A stretch of 64,000 nt of DNA, from positions 1 through 64,000 of the forward strand of contig CAXXSM010000144.1 in NCBI GenBank assembly GCA_963663405.2, read 5' to 3'. How positions within the stretch are numbered: position 1 is the stretch's first letter; the number at the start of each line of letters is the position of its first letter. The position numbers were made by a program, and so were the translations under genes. This stretch comes from a bacterium (GTDB lineage: Bacteria; Hinthialibacterota; Hinthialibacteria; Hinthialibacterales; Hinthialibacteraceae). Shown piece after piece: positions 42,818-53,350 of this stretch. Under the pieces are notes generated by a model that made no database searches, had not been told where the DNA came from, and saw nothing but the letters and a program-made list of their open reading frames with translations.

Positions 42818-45169
42818 ATGCACATTTCCTTATGGAAAAGTATGAAAGCGACAAGGATACTATTGGTAGCCGGAATTTCTTTACTGTATGTCGTCCAAAC
42901 GGACGCCGTTATCGATCCAGTAAAAAAATTGGATTGCCGGCTTCGGGCGCTGATTGGACGGGCTGACACAACGACGGCGAAACCGAGCGCCATGAAAGAT
43001 GAAAAAACCGGTGAGATTATTGTTCAAGTTCGGCTGCATACAGCGGATGACTCTGTTCTAACAGAATTGGAGGCGGTTGGATTAACCGTTTTGGCGCATT
43101 TCCGAGGCTTGGTCACAGGGCGGATTGATGAGGATAATCTGCTGAATCTTGCCGGTTTAAAGATCGTTTCGACCGTCTATCCACTGCGGAAGCCATTAAC
43201 GCGCGCTGTTCATGGTCAGGGTGTCACTTCAACACGGGTGGATCAGGTCAGGGAAGTCTATCCTGGTTTTACCGGAGCCGGAGTGAAAGTGGGGATCATC
43301 TCTGACTCGTTTGGATTAGTCTCTGAAGCGACACCGACTATTGTTGATATCGATGGAGATGGGATCGAAGAGATTCTAGGAACCGATTCTCAATTGGCGG
43401 GTGAACTACCCGCTGTAGTGGAATTGATTCAGGATGGCACACCCGAAGTCGATGATTTTGGTGAGCCGATTCCATTTGAGTATTCGTATATCGATGAAGG
43501 AAGAGCGATGGCGGAGATTGTTCACGAAATGGCGCCGGACGCCGAACTCGCTTTTCACTCCGCATGGTTGGGAACCGCTGGTTGGGCTGAAGGGATCATT
43601 AAACTGGCGGAAGCGGGATGTAAAGTCATTGTGGATGACATTATATACTTAACGATGCCGGCCTATCAGGATGGAGAAGTCTCTCAAGCCATCGAAGAAG
43701 TGTCGGAAAAATACGATGTTGTTTATTTATCCGCCGCGGGAAATTCCTACGCCAAGGTCGTTGAATCGGCTTATCATGATTCCGATCCTTATGAAAACGA
43801 GGGCCCCTGGTCAAAAATCCCCGAAGGTCATGATTTTCACAATTGGGATCCGGAACAGTGGGATCCCTATCTCGATGTTCACATTCCGCCAAATGGGTAT
43901 GTCGCGCTTTCTCTGTTTTGGGAAAATCCATATGGCGGAACACTCGGACCCGGAGCGTCAACGGATTATGATTTATATCTCTTTGACAAGGATGAATACT
44001 TTCTTTGGGGTTCCGATAACGCACAGGGAACGGAAGAATCCCCAATGGGTGACGCCTATGAGTTTACAGTCATTTCTAATGACAGCGATACCGAAATTCT
44101 ACATATCAAAGTAGCGGTGAACAAACACCACGGACCGGGGGTGGTTTTCAAACTGTTTTTCTGGGGATCAGAAGTCTATATACAATCGTCGGTTCGCAGC
44201 CGTGATGGAGCCATGATCATCGGTCATAACAAAGCGGATTCCACCGTCAATGTTGCGGCAGTCAATTTTACAGAAACCGATTCGTATGGATACGATCAGA
44301 ACAATCCCCGGCGGATTGATCCATCCTACTATACATCCAAAGGTGGGTATGTGATCCGGTATTTCTCCCCCATTGGTGAACCTTTGGAAACACCCAAAGT
44401 CCGATTCGTTCCCGATATCGCCTGTGTTGATGGCGCGAATACATCTTTCTTTGGGGAGTACTCAGACCTGGACGGCGATGAATGGCCCAATTTCTTTGGC
44501 ACATCAGCGGCGGCCCCGCACGCGGCGGCGATTGTGGCGCTGATGCGTCAGGCCAATCCTTCGTTAAGTTCACAGGAAATCCGAAATCTTCTCAGAGAAG
44601 CGGCCACGGACATTTTCGAACCTGGGGTGGATCAATATACCGGTTGGGGATTTCTCTACGCGGATGAAGCGCTCAACGCCGTTCCCGGAGCGATTGTTCC
44701 CAATACGCCAACGCCGGTTCCTACCAACGCCCCAACCGCAACCCCGACTATGACCCCCGTTCCTACAGCGACGCCTCTTGTGAGTAATATCATACTGGCT
44801 GCCAATCAGGTCATCGTCACCGACAATCGATGGACATTCGCCGACTTGAGTAATGGCGTTGATTATGATGATCCGGAGAATTCCGATCTCACAATTCGTT
44901 GGAACATCCCGTTTGATGATATCGTGGATTTTCATATTTACGTGAAAGTGGACGATGAACCAGTACGATACTTAAGCCGCACAGGGAATGGAGAATCGAG
45001 TCAATTCACATGGAACGCCAAGCAGACTCGCTTGAATCCCTATTACCAGGATGGGCCGCAATTTGGGCATTCTTACGTTTTTCATGTTTATGCGATAACA
45101 GGAAGCGGTGAACCGCATCATTACGGACCGTTCTCCACTTTCGGTCCCGTTATACTAAAAAAATTGTAA
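42818..45169 (+). CDS. Secreted S8/S53-like serine protease with Pro/Thr linker and C-terminal domain
   Basis: GAGVKVGIISDS, DEGRAMAEIVHEMAP, SAAGN, FFGTSAAAPHAA, PTPT linker. Confidence 0.88.
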   Translation: MHISLWKSMKATRILLVAGISLLYVVQTDAVIDPVKKLDCRLRALIGRADTTTAKPSAMKDEKTGEIIVQVRLHTADDSVLTELEAVGLTVLAHFRGLVTGRIDEDNLLNLAGLKIVSTVYPLRKPLTRAVHGQGVTSTRVDQVREVYPGFTGAGVKVGIISDSFGLVSEATPTIVDIDGDGIEEILGTDSQLAGELPAVVELIQDGTPEVDDFGEPIPFEYSYIDEGRAMAEIVHEMAPDAELAFHSAWLGTAGWAEGIIKLAEAGCKVIVDDIIYLTMPAYQDGEVSQAIEEVSEKYDVVYLSAAGNSYAKVVESAYHDSDPYENEGPWSKIPEGHDFHNWDPEQWDPYLDVHIPPNGYVALSLFWENPYGGTLGPGASTDYDLYLFDKDEYFLWGSDNAQGTEESPMGDAYEFTVISNDSDTEILHIKVAVNKHHGPGVVFKLFFWGSEVYIQSSVRSRDGAMIIGHNKADSTVNVAAVNFTETDSYGYDQNNPRRIDPSYYTSKGGYVIRYFSPIGEPLETPKVRFVPDIACVDGANTSFFGEYSDLDGDEWPNFFGTSAAAPHAAAIVALMRQANPSLSSQEIRNLLREAATDIFEPGVDQYTGWGFLYADEALNAVPGAIVPNTPTPVPTNAPTATPTMTPVPTATPLVSNIILAANQVIVTDNRWTFADLSNGVDYDDPENSDLTIRWNIPFDDIVDFHIYVKVDDEPVRYLSRTGNGESSQFTWNAKQTRLNPYYQDGPQFGHSYVFHVYAITGSGEPHHYGPFSTFGPVILKKL

Positions 45170-45318
45170 ATCATTATCCATTACAATAGTCCATTCTTTT
45201 CAAGCGTATCCAAATTTATTTACAAATGGTTTCTTCCTCTCAAATAGATACGCTTTTCCTTTATATTTTTCCTTAAACTTATCTCCACTACTTTCGATAA
45301 TAGATTTATATATATCTA

Positions 45319-45411
45319 TTTCATATCAAGATTAGTTACATAAACTATCTCATTCTCGATTACAATCACGGCTCATTTTCTTTTGCAGTAGTGATCTCAA
45401 TCATGATAGTT
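45319..45411 (-). repeat. Dispersed degenerate copy of the 27566-27813 repeat unit
   Basis: The reverse complement aactatcatgattgagatcactactgcaaaagaaaatgagccg matches 27720-27764. Confidence 0.7.
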
Positions 45412-45573
45412 CATTTGTATTTCTAATTCCAATCTATACACAAAAAAAAATCTCTACATATTTTCTTATCATTTGAATTTTCTTTCAAGTAACATTACGT
45501 TACATGATTTTGGTGATATCCAGTAAATTAATCCATTTTATTAATGAAATATCAAAATTTTTTACAAAACCAC

Positions 45574-45602
45574 TTGACAGAATTAAGGAAACAGAATATA
45601 TT
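45574..45602 (+). promoter_or_regulatory. Putative sigma70 promoter
   Basis: TTGACA-17 bp-TATATT in an AT-rich region upstream of the TadG-like gene. Confidence 0.6.
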
Positions 45603-45753
45603 TGCATAATGCAACACGTGAAGCTTTATTAACCTTTTTCGGTAAAGATATGGAATGTACTTTACTAGTTTAAGTAATATCGTTTTTATGTTAATGAAAT
45701 AATACAAATTTTGATCATTTATAAATATTTCTTTATATATTTATTTAGAGGAG

Positions 45754-47094
45754 TTGGACATGAGAGTATTAAGACAATTACTGAGCGCAAAGAAGGAAAT
45801 CAATGAAAGGGAAGGAGAAAGATGTAACGTTTTGAAGCATGAAAGGGGATCGATTCTTATTTTAGCCTCAGTGAGTATGACGCTTCTAATCCTGTCCGCC
45901 GCTCTTTGTATTGATATCGGTTGGATCATTCTCGCCAAAACGCAGCTCCAAAACGCAGCGGACGCCGCTTCTTTGGCAGCAGCCGCTCAATTGCTCGATG
46001 AAGATTGTTTGTATGGTGAACCTTCGCAGGAAGATGATATCGTTATCGCGCGGGATAGCGCCGAATTATTTGCCTTACAAAATAAAGCCGCCAAACGATC
46101 ACTTACGCTTCATCGCAACGATGAGAACGATCCCGATGGAGGAATCGTTGTCGGTTATATAGAAGATCCAAACGATCCAACAAGCCCTTTTCTAACGGAA
46201 GGTGTTTCTTATTACAATTCCGTCCAGGTCGAGACTTGCCTAACCCATGAATTCAATGGTCCTTTGGGGCTTTTCTTTGGAGCGTATGCTGGGAGTGATA
46301 CTCTTCAAGTTACAAAAAAGGCGACGGCGACTCTCGATGATCGGATCTCTGGTTTTGATGTGGATGAAGGGGAAACCCTCCCCATGCTGCCATTTACCAT
46401 TTGGAAAGACACGTGGTATACCCAGAGCGACTCTCCTCCACCGGATGGGATGGACAGCTGGGATAACTACACTGTCGGTGAAGATGGTCAGGTAACATCC
46501 GGTCCGGACGGCATTCCAGAACTCTATGTTTCAATCTGGGCGCCGGATCTGGGGATCCCCTGTCAAACAGGCAATGTCAGAACTTGTTTCATATCCGCTG
46601 TTATTGGAACCACTTATGTAAGAAACCAGATTTATAATGGTATGTGTGAACTCGATCTTGACGCCATCGGTGGACTTGAACTTCAAGATGATGGGGAAGG
46701 TGGATACAGCAAGTGGCTCCCAGGTGAACATTGGATGTCCAGTTCATGGCATTACGCTCTTCTTAATATAATTGGAGAAACGCGGCTCATTTCGTTATTT
46801 GAGACACTCAGTGTCGGCAGTACGCCACCCGTCGCCTATGTGGATCCTTTTGACTCAATGTTTGGCGCGTTAATGGGACAGGATTTCTACCAACCTGAAA
46901 CGTGCTGTGGGATTTATGAATACTATGAAGTAACCGAATTCAAATCTGTGACCGTTGTTGATTCTGAATGGACAGGAGACTCAGAAGAACAGTATTTTGT
47001 TTTTCAACCGACTCAAGTGACGACGAGTAATGGTAAAATCAATCCAGATATGCCCCATTCCGAAATGGTCTATAGTCTTTCCCTGACAAGATAA
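45754..47094 (+). CDS. TadG-like pseudopilin (Tad N-terminal domain)
   Basis: ERGSILIL-hydrophobic segment-IDIGW...QLQNAADAASLAAA. Confidence 0.8.
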   Translation: MDMRVLRQLLSAKKEINEREGERCNVLKHERGSILILASVSMTLLILSAALCIDIGWIILAKTQLQNAADAASLAAAAQLLDEDCLYGEPSQEDDIVIARDSAELFALQNKAAKRSLTLHRNDENDPDGGIVVGYIEDPNDPTSPFLTEGVSYYNSVQVETCLTHEFNGPLGLFFGAYAGSDTLQVTKKATATLDDRISGFDVDEGETLPMLPFTIWKDTWYTQSDSPPPDGMDSWDNYTVGEDGQVTSGPDGIPELYVSIWAPDLGIPCQTGNVRTCFISAVIGTTYVRNQIYNGMCELDLDAIGGLELQDDGEGGYSKWLPGEHWMSSSWHYALLNIIGETRLISLFETLSVGSTPPVAYVDPFDSMFGALMGQDFYQPETCCGIYEYYEVTEFKSVTVVDSEWTGDSEEQYFVFQPTQVTTSNGKINPDMPHSEMVYSLSLTR

Positions 47095-47263
47095 TCTTCT
47101 TAGAATTAAGCATTGGACGAAGCGGCTCCGCCGCAGAGTGTCGTACGCCGAATTTTCTAGTTGAACAATCCCCTTGCGAAATCTCCTGAGTTGTCATGTA
47201 TTTCTTCTGAGAAGGCAGTGGCTGTAAGACTGCCAACCACTACTTATTTACAGGAGAAAGATC

Positions 47264-48111
47264 ATGAAATCATTACGGAAACGCATGATCGAAGACATGA
47301 CGTTAGCAGGACTGAGCGAAGGCACGCAAAAAGCATACGTCCGAGCCGTCGCCTCATTCGCTCTAGAATTTGATTGCTCGCCAGAATGCATTAGCGAGGA
47401 ACTCGTCCGGGTCTATTTACTGAATTTGCGAGACGTGAAGAAAGTCGCTCTCGGAACGTTTCAGGTCCACTACAGCGCGCTGAAATTTCTTTATCAAACC
47501 ACGCTGGATCTGGGGTGGCCGTTGTTTGCAAAAAAAAGATTCGTAAGCCTCGCCAAAAGCGCCTGCCGCATTCATTAACCCATTCCCAAGTTCGCGCCCT
47601 CCTGGCCGCCGTCAGGAAAACGCCCTACCGGTTGGCTCTAACGTTGATGTATGCGTGCGGCCTTCGGACCAGTGAAGTCATCTCTCTTCCGGTGCGGCAG
47701 ATCGATTCCAACCAAATGAGTTTACGGATTATTGGGAAGGGCGATAAAGAGCGAATCGTTCCTCTCCCGGACACCTTGTTGGAGCCGATGCGTGAACTCT
47801 GGTTGATGCATCGCCATCCCACCTGGCTATTCCCCAACCAACAAGGCTCCAACCACATTCCCTCATCGACACTCGGCAAAGCGTTTCGCTTGGCCTGTAA
47901 CGCTACCGGGCTGACAGACGATGTGAAGCCGCATTCGATGCGTCATTCGTTTGCCAGCAGATTGCTGGAGAACGGCGAAAGCCTGCGCGTTGTCCAGATT
48001 CTTCTCGGCCATTCCAGTATTCGTTCGACACAGATCTACACTCATTTGACTGAGCCGCTTCGCCACGAGGCTCAGGATCGGATCAACGCCGTGTTCGCCG
48101 ATCTGATGTGA
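47264..48111 (+). CDS. Tyrosine recombinase (N-terminal SAM-like domain + catalytic domain), split by a -1 shift at the A8 run 47530-47537
   Basis: LRKRMIEDM.LAGLSEGTQKAY; catalytic R-K-H-R-H-Y in YACGLRTSE, GKGDKER, HSMRHSFA and LLGHSSIRSTQIY. Confidence 0.9.
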
Positions 48112-48120
48112 GGAGGAATC

Positions 48121-49287
48121 ATGAATTGCACTTCATCGAACCTCGAACTCGGCGATGTGGTTCGCCGGTTTGGCCCGGCCTATATCCGGCAGCAAGGGAA
48201 GCGCCTTTTGCCCTCCCAGCGTAAAGCGCTGCACGATATCATGGCCTGTCATACGGCGGAACTGGGAGGGCATCGTTATCACTGTCAGGACTGCGGCGAA
48301 GACTTCTGGGTGTATCACGGGTGTGGCAATCGATCCTGTCCGTCCTGTCATTCCCAGGCGATGCGGCAATGGATCGAGAAGCGGGAAGACCAGATGCTTG
48401 GCTGCCGTTACTTTCATGTAATCGTAACAGTTCCGCAGTCTATCCGGGCGGCTTTCTTGGCTCATCAAAAGATTCTCTATGGGTTGCTGATGACGACGGC
48501 TGCTTCCTGTATCATGGATCTGATGCGCAATCCCCAAGTCGTTGGCGGGACCCCGGCGATCCTGGCCGTGCTGCACACTTGGCGGGGAGATCTGGAATTG
48601 CATCCACATGTCCATCTGTTGGTCAGCGCCGGCGCCGTGAGTGAGGACGGCCACTCTTGGATGGAACTCCGCCACCCGAAATGGCTTCTCCATGTGGGAA
48701 CGCTCAGCTTACTCGTTCGCCGGCGCTTTAAAGAACGGCTCGAAAAAGCGGCGCCGGAGATCTTCCAAGGCATCGAGACCAAGGTCTGGAATAGAGGCTG
48801 GAACTCGTTCTGCAAACCGTATGGCAAAGGCGTGAAAGCCATCTTGAATTACCTGGGGCGCTATGTCTATCGCATCGCGATCTCCAACCACCGGCTTCTG
48901 GCAATGGACGCTACCCACGTGACGTTCCGCTACAAGACCTTCAAAGAGAAGCATTGGCGAACTCTCCGCTTGCCGGGCGAAGAATTTCTGCGGCGCTTCG
49001 TGATGCATGTGCTCCCCCGCGGCTTCCATAAAGTCCGCTACTATGGGCTGTGGCATCACTGTCATCGGGACACACGCAATCGAATCCGTTTGCTCCTCGC
49101 CCCCAAGGCGGAGAGCGTTTCTATTCCCGAATCGGTTGAGAATTCCATCGTTTCAAAAGAGACCAACGACAAAGCAGTATTCGATCGGACCGGCCAAGAA
49201 TCGGCGCCGGAATGGCCTAAATGTCCGCGTTGCAAAAGCTGTAACGTGATTGTCATTGAAACCCTCAATCGGAATCGAAGCCCCTGA
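48121..49287 (+). CDS. IS91-family rolling-circle transposase (Zn-binding + Y2)
   Basis: C.T..LGG...C..C....CGNRSCPSC; HVIVTVP; HTW...HPHVH (HUH); YLGRY; EFLRRFVMHVLPRGF.KVRYYG; C-terminal CPRC. Confidence 0.93.
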   Translation: MNCTSSNLELGDVVRRFGPAYIRQQGKRLLPSQRKALHDIMACHTAELGGHRYHCQDCGEDFWVYHGCGNRSCPSCHSQAMRQWIEKREDQMLGCRYFHVIVTVPQSIRAAFLAHQKILYGLLMTTAASCIMDLMRNPQVVGGTPAILAVLHTWRGDLELHPHVHLLVSAGAVSEDGHSWMELRHPKWLLHVGTLSLLVRRRFKERLEKAAPEIFQGIETKVWNRGWNSFCKPYGKGVKAILNYLGRYVYRIAISNHRLLAMDATHVTFRYKTFKEKHWRTLRLPGEEFLRRFVMHVLPRGFHKVRYYGLWHHCHRDTRNRIRLLLAPKAESVSIPESVENSIVSKETNDKAVFDRTGQESAPEWPKCPRCKSCNVIVIETLNRNRSP

Positions 49288-49945
49288 TCGATTCCGATTG
49301 TAAGCATCGCGATGGTAATATAAAGAAATTATAACTTTACGCGGGAAGATTTTTTACTTTTCTTGCCGTGAGGGGATTTCTATAGCTTCAAGAGGATTTT
49401 CTCTTTCTAAACTATCAACTTCTCTTCCTCAATTAAGCCGTTTCGCGAATAAATGGCGTGTTATTGGTTCTCACATTCCCCCCGCACTTCGTCCAATAGA
49501 GTTTGTATCTCGGCTTCGCTCGATAAAAACTCCTATCTATTTTATACTGCTTAAACGAAATCCCTCTAAATGTTTTAAAAGAACTACGCTGATTCCTCCA
49601 TTTTGTATTTCACGATATGACGTATCGTAAAACTACGCTCGTTCAAAATACTTTTAACCTTCAATTTTCGTTGGTGTTATCTCTTCTTTGATCAATCTCG
49701 ATTTTTTTCTGATTTTCATTTTTGATTATAAAAATAGAAAATTCGAAGAGATTGTGTCATAAAAATGTTAAAATTATTATACAATTCGAAATATTCATTT
49801 GTATTTAGATATAAATTGTGATAGTATTAATTCGGATAGGTCCCACAAGAATCGAATGGAGATATTCATTTACACGTTTTGATTTCAATCAAATGGTTTT
49901 GACGTGAAACCGTGGACAGAGATGATTTAAAAAATATTTGAGGAT

Positions 49946-51532
49946 TTGAAAATTATGAGTATAACAATGTTTGAAGACAATAGAGGAAAAGCGGTAAAGG
50001 AAAATGAAAGTGGCGCCATAAGTTCAAGTTTCTCAAATGATAACGGGTCAGAAAATTTAAAAATGGAAGATCCGCTCCTGTTGCGTTTATTACCGTATTC
50101 TAAGATAATGCGCTGCCGGAAAGACGAGGATGTCATCGTTAAAGGATCGGAATCCCTTTCGCTGTACTATGTTGTAGAGGGGATTATCGAAGTTTTTACT
50201 ACAGTTCGGAAAACCAAGATCGTCGTGGCGATGATCGGCGCGGGTAATTTTTTTGGTGAAATTGGATTTTTTGATGGAATCTCCCGTGTGCGTGATATTC
50301 GAGTCGCCCAAGACGCTGAAATCAGGATATTTAACCGTGAGGCGCTTGGTTTGTTGAAGGTTGAGGATCCCGTAGCCTATGGAGATCTCATGACCTTCAT
50401 GACCCAATCCGTCTGCAAAAAATTCCGCAGAGTTTTGGAGGAACGGGAATCACTTTCAGGTTATGCCGCTTCGCTCGTCGCCGGAGGACGAAGGTATGAA
50501 GAGACAAAGCCTTTACCAGAGCGTTTTTTTGAAACCCCTACATGGCAAACCGTAAATAAGGCCATTGACGAATTTAAAGCGCGAATCTTCAATGTTTCAT
50601 ACCGTTTGCAGAAGAACACAAGCGAAGATATTCCGGACACATTCAAAGAGGAGTGTTTTACTGTTCTTGATAGTCTTTATGATTACGTTCTTGAATTTCG
50701 TAACAAAGACTGTTCTCCAGAAGATGAAGATTTAGCCTGGGGATATATCTTTAAAGAGATCTATCCTTATTTTATGCGAAGCCGGTTTGCGGAACGTATT
50801 TATTTCAAACCCAAAGGCTACGCGGGCGATTATCTGATGATGGAAATGATTTATCGGAATCAACCGGAAGGAGATGGTAAGCTGGGGGCTCTTGTCGATG
50901 AATGGTGTTTAAACTCGGTCGGCGCCAGGGCGATTCGTGGCCGGCGGCAGCTGCTCGGTGAACGATTGTTATCGTTAAGCCGATCCCGGCTCAACCGTCA
51001 AGAACCAATTAATATCATGAACCTTGCCTGCGGATCCAACCGGGAGTTGTTTGATTTTGTCTACGCGTGTGATTTTAGTGAACGGCTCGAAGCGCTATGC
51101 GTGGATATCGATTCCGACGCTTTGGAGTATACGGATCAAAAAGTAAATCAATTCCCGCACCAGGCCACGATTCGACTCATGCGGGAAAATCTTGTTAAAT
51201 GGGCATTAGGCCGAGTTCGGCATGATATTGGAAAACAGGATATAATCTATTCCTCCGGTTTGACGGACTATTTGGACAAGAAACTCTTTGTGTCTCTTGT
51301 GTCGAAATGTCACGAGCACCTAAAACCGGGAGGCGTATTATGCGTTGGGAATTTCGCTCCCAATCCGGATCAGACTTTCATGGATCATATTTTGCAATGG
51401 CGGTTGATTTACCGGGATGAGGCGGAATTAAGAAAGTTATTCGCCAACACTCCGTTTGGCGGGAATATTACGGTGATCGCGGAAAAGCAGGGAGTCAACC
51501 TGTTTGCCATCGCGACAAAACAGAAAACATGA
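49946..51532 (+). CDS. cNMP-binding domain fused to a PhcB-like class I SAM methyltransferase
   Basis: cNMP domain: LYYVVEG.IEV...GNFFGEIGFFDG.SR. Methyltransferase: KPKGYAGDYLMMEMIY, IMNLACGSNRE, VDID, DIIYSSGLTDYL, LKPGGVLCVGNF, W.LIYR. The true start may be a later ATG. Confidence 0.78.
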   Translation: MKIMSITMFEDNRGKAVKENESGAISSSFSNDNGSENLKMEDPLLLRLLPYSKIMRCRKDEDVIVKGSESLSLYYVVEGIIEVFTTVRKTKIVVAMIGAGNFFGEIGFFDGISRVRDIRVAQDAEIRIFNREALGLLKVEDPVAYGDLMTFMTQSVCKKFRRVLEERESLSGYAASLVAGGRRYEETKPLPERFFETPTWQTVNKAIDEFKARIFNVSYRLQKNTSEDIPDTFKEECFTVLDSLYDYVLEFRNKDCSPEDEDLAWGYIFKEIYPYFMRSRFAERIYFKPKGYAGDYLMMEMIYRNQPEGDGKLGALVDEWCLNSVGARAIRGRRQLLGERLLSLSRSRLNRQEPINIMNLACGSNRELFDFVYACDFSERLEALCVDIDSDALEYTDQKVNQFPHQATIRLMRENLVKWALGRVRHDIGKQDIIYSSGLTDYLDKKLFVSLVSKCHEHLKPGGVLCVGNFAPNPDQTFMDHILQWRLIYRDEAELRKLFANTPFGGNITVIAEKQGVNLFAIATKQKT

Positions 51533-53238
51533 AATTGTACTCTTATACATCCGCCATTGAGGAAGAACACCAACTACGTTTTTTGAAAGAAACTCGTGAA
51601 TTATTGCACCGGCGGGTGATTGCCGCTCTCTGGATCGGTATTATCCTAATCCCGTTGTTTTCCGTCCTGGATTATATGATTGTCCGTCAATATTTCAGTT
51701 CGTTTTTAATTGCGCGGCTGATTTGTTCGTTATTATTCATTGCGCTTTTGGTATTGCATTATCAACAATTCGGCCGTGAGCATCCTTTTGTCATCGCCAT
51801 TCTCGCCTACGTTCTCGCCGGGATCACCATATCATTCATGGTGATCAAAATGGGGGGGTACGATTCGTTTTATTATGTCGGAATCATTCTCGTTCTCGTT
51901 ACCTGTTCGACGATCTTACCTCTGGATGCGATGCAATCCACCTTCGCGGGTCTGTTGCTCTATCTCATCTATGCGGTTCCAATCTTCTTGTTCTGTGAAC
52001 GAACGAATGACTCGATGATGGTCTTTTTCAATAACAGTTTCTTTTTCGCTTCGTTTATCGTCATCAGTATCATACAGTGTTTGGAAGATACAAATGCGCG
52101 GGTCGGAAAATTCAATATGGAAATGGAACTCGATTCCCATGCGAAAAAACTGGCCTATTACGCGGAACACTTAGAGACTGAGGTAGACAAACGCGCCAAA
52201 GAACTGGAGGATTCCGAACTGCGTTACCGGAATCTATATGAAAATATCATCGATATGGTCATTCTAGTCGACCGTCACGGGCAACTCCTGCTGGCCAATC
52301 CTTTGTTTTATTCGAATCTTTGCATCTCCAATATCACAGATCGTAATGTATCAATTAAAGATTGGGTGCATGAAGACGATGTTCTGCTGGTACGGAATCA
52401 TATCTTCTCCCGCCTGGAGGATGGAGGCATTGTCAAGAACCTGAATTTCAGAATCGTCAGCCGGGATGGGAGAGTTTTTGATGTGGAGTGTAACGCTAAA
52501 GGAATTTTGAAGAATAAAAAACTCGCCGGTCTGCAGATGGTGATCCGGGATATCACCGAGCGAAAACGGTTGGAGAAAGAACTACTCGACTCTATGCGTG
52601 ATGTGCAAAACGCCCGAACCTGTACGATCCTGGGACTCGCCAAACTCGCGGAATGCCGGGATATGGATACCGGTGTTCATTTAGAGCGAATCGGTGAGTA
52701 TACAAAAATAATAATCAAGGAAATTTCCACTCTTCCCGCGTATCAGGAATATATATCACAACAATATATAGATGATATTTACCTTTCCTCGATCCTCCAT
52801 GATATTGGTAAAGTTGGAATACCCGACGCAATTCTTTCCAAACCAGGTAAATTGACACCTGAGGAATTTGATGTCATGAAACGCCACACCACATTTGGGG
52901 GGGACGCCCTTCGAGCGGTAGAAACGCATGTCAAAGGACAATCCTTTCTAGCTCTGGGGAAAGCCATTTCCTATTACCACCATGAAAAGTGGAACGGCGA
53001 TGGATATCCGGAAGGATTGAAGGGAGAGGATATCCCCCTATCAGCCAGGATTGTCGCTCTGGTTGACGTGTATGACGCCCTCACCTCTAGACGGAGTTAT
53101 AAGGAAGCCTATTCTCATGAAAAGTCAAAAGAAATCATTGTCAATGAACGGGGCAAGCACTTCGCCCCGGATATCGTAGACGCCTTCATCGCCACAGAGG
53201 AACAATTCAACGCCATACGTCAGCAACTACAGCAATAA
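51529..53238 (+). CDS. Membrane sensor (about 6 TM) + PAS + HD-GYP cyclic-di-nucleotide phosphodiesterase
   Basis: ATGA overlap with the upstream stop. Hydrophobic N-terminus with F..LDY and S.YYVG.IL. PAS ...RDITERK; AECRD.DTG.HL.R; LHDIGK; HHEKWNGDGYPEGL; SARIVALVDVYDAL. Confidence 0.9.
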   Translation: MKLYSYTSAIEEEHQLRFLKETRELLHRRVIAALWIGIILIPLFSVLDYMIVRQYFSSFLIARLICSLLFIALLVLHYQQFGREHPFVIAILAYVLAGITISFMVIKMGGYDSFYYVGIILVLVTCSTILPLDAMQSTFAGLLLYLIYAVPIFLFCERTNDSMMVFFNNSFFFASFIVISIIQCLEDTNARVGKFNMEMELDSHAKKLAYYAEHLETEVDKRAKELEDSELRYRNLYENIIDMVILVDRHGQLLLANPLFYSNLCISNITDRNVSIKDWVHEDDVLLVRNHIFSRLEDGGIVKNLNFRIVSRDGRVFDVECNAKGILKNKKLAGLQMVIRDITERKRLEKELLDSMRDVQNARTCTILGLAKLAECRDMDTGVHLERIGEYTKIIIKEISTLPAYQEYISQQYIDDIYLSSILHDIGKVGIPDAILSKPGKLTPEEFDVMKRHTTFGGDALRAVETHVKGQSFLALGKAISYYHHEKWNGDGYPEGLKGEDIPLSARIVALVDVYDALTSRRSYKEAYSHEKSKEIIVNERGKHFAPDIVDAFIATEEQFNAIRQQLQQ

Positions 53239-53350
53239 TTGTACTTTTTTTTAGGAAGAGCAGTCAATACAAAGAGGGAGATACAGGTTTTTAGAGGCAT
53301 CGGTTATTTGTGTGGATGTAATCATCCAATTCTCATACGATGGAGGAAAA

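Larger units (their letters stand above)
47112..49497 (+). mobile_element. IS91-family element carrying a tyrosine recombinase and an HUH/Y2 transposase
   Basis: Two-gene cassette, GC-richer than its flanks, bracketed by the inverted 11-mers ATTGGACGAAG (47112-47122) and CTTCGTCCAAT (49487-49497). Exact ends are uncertain. Confidence 0.8.

Noticed and set aside
48133-49065. Long antisense ORFs within the IS91 transposase
   Set aside because: They are explained by GC-rich codon bias on the sense strand and carry no motifs.
49491-49550. Integron attC site next to the tyrosine recombinase
   Set aside because: There is no complementary RYYYAAC/GTTRRRY pair, and the recombinase lacks the IntI-specific insertion.
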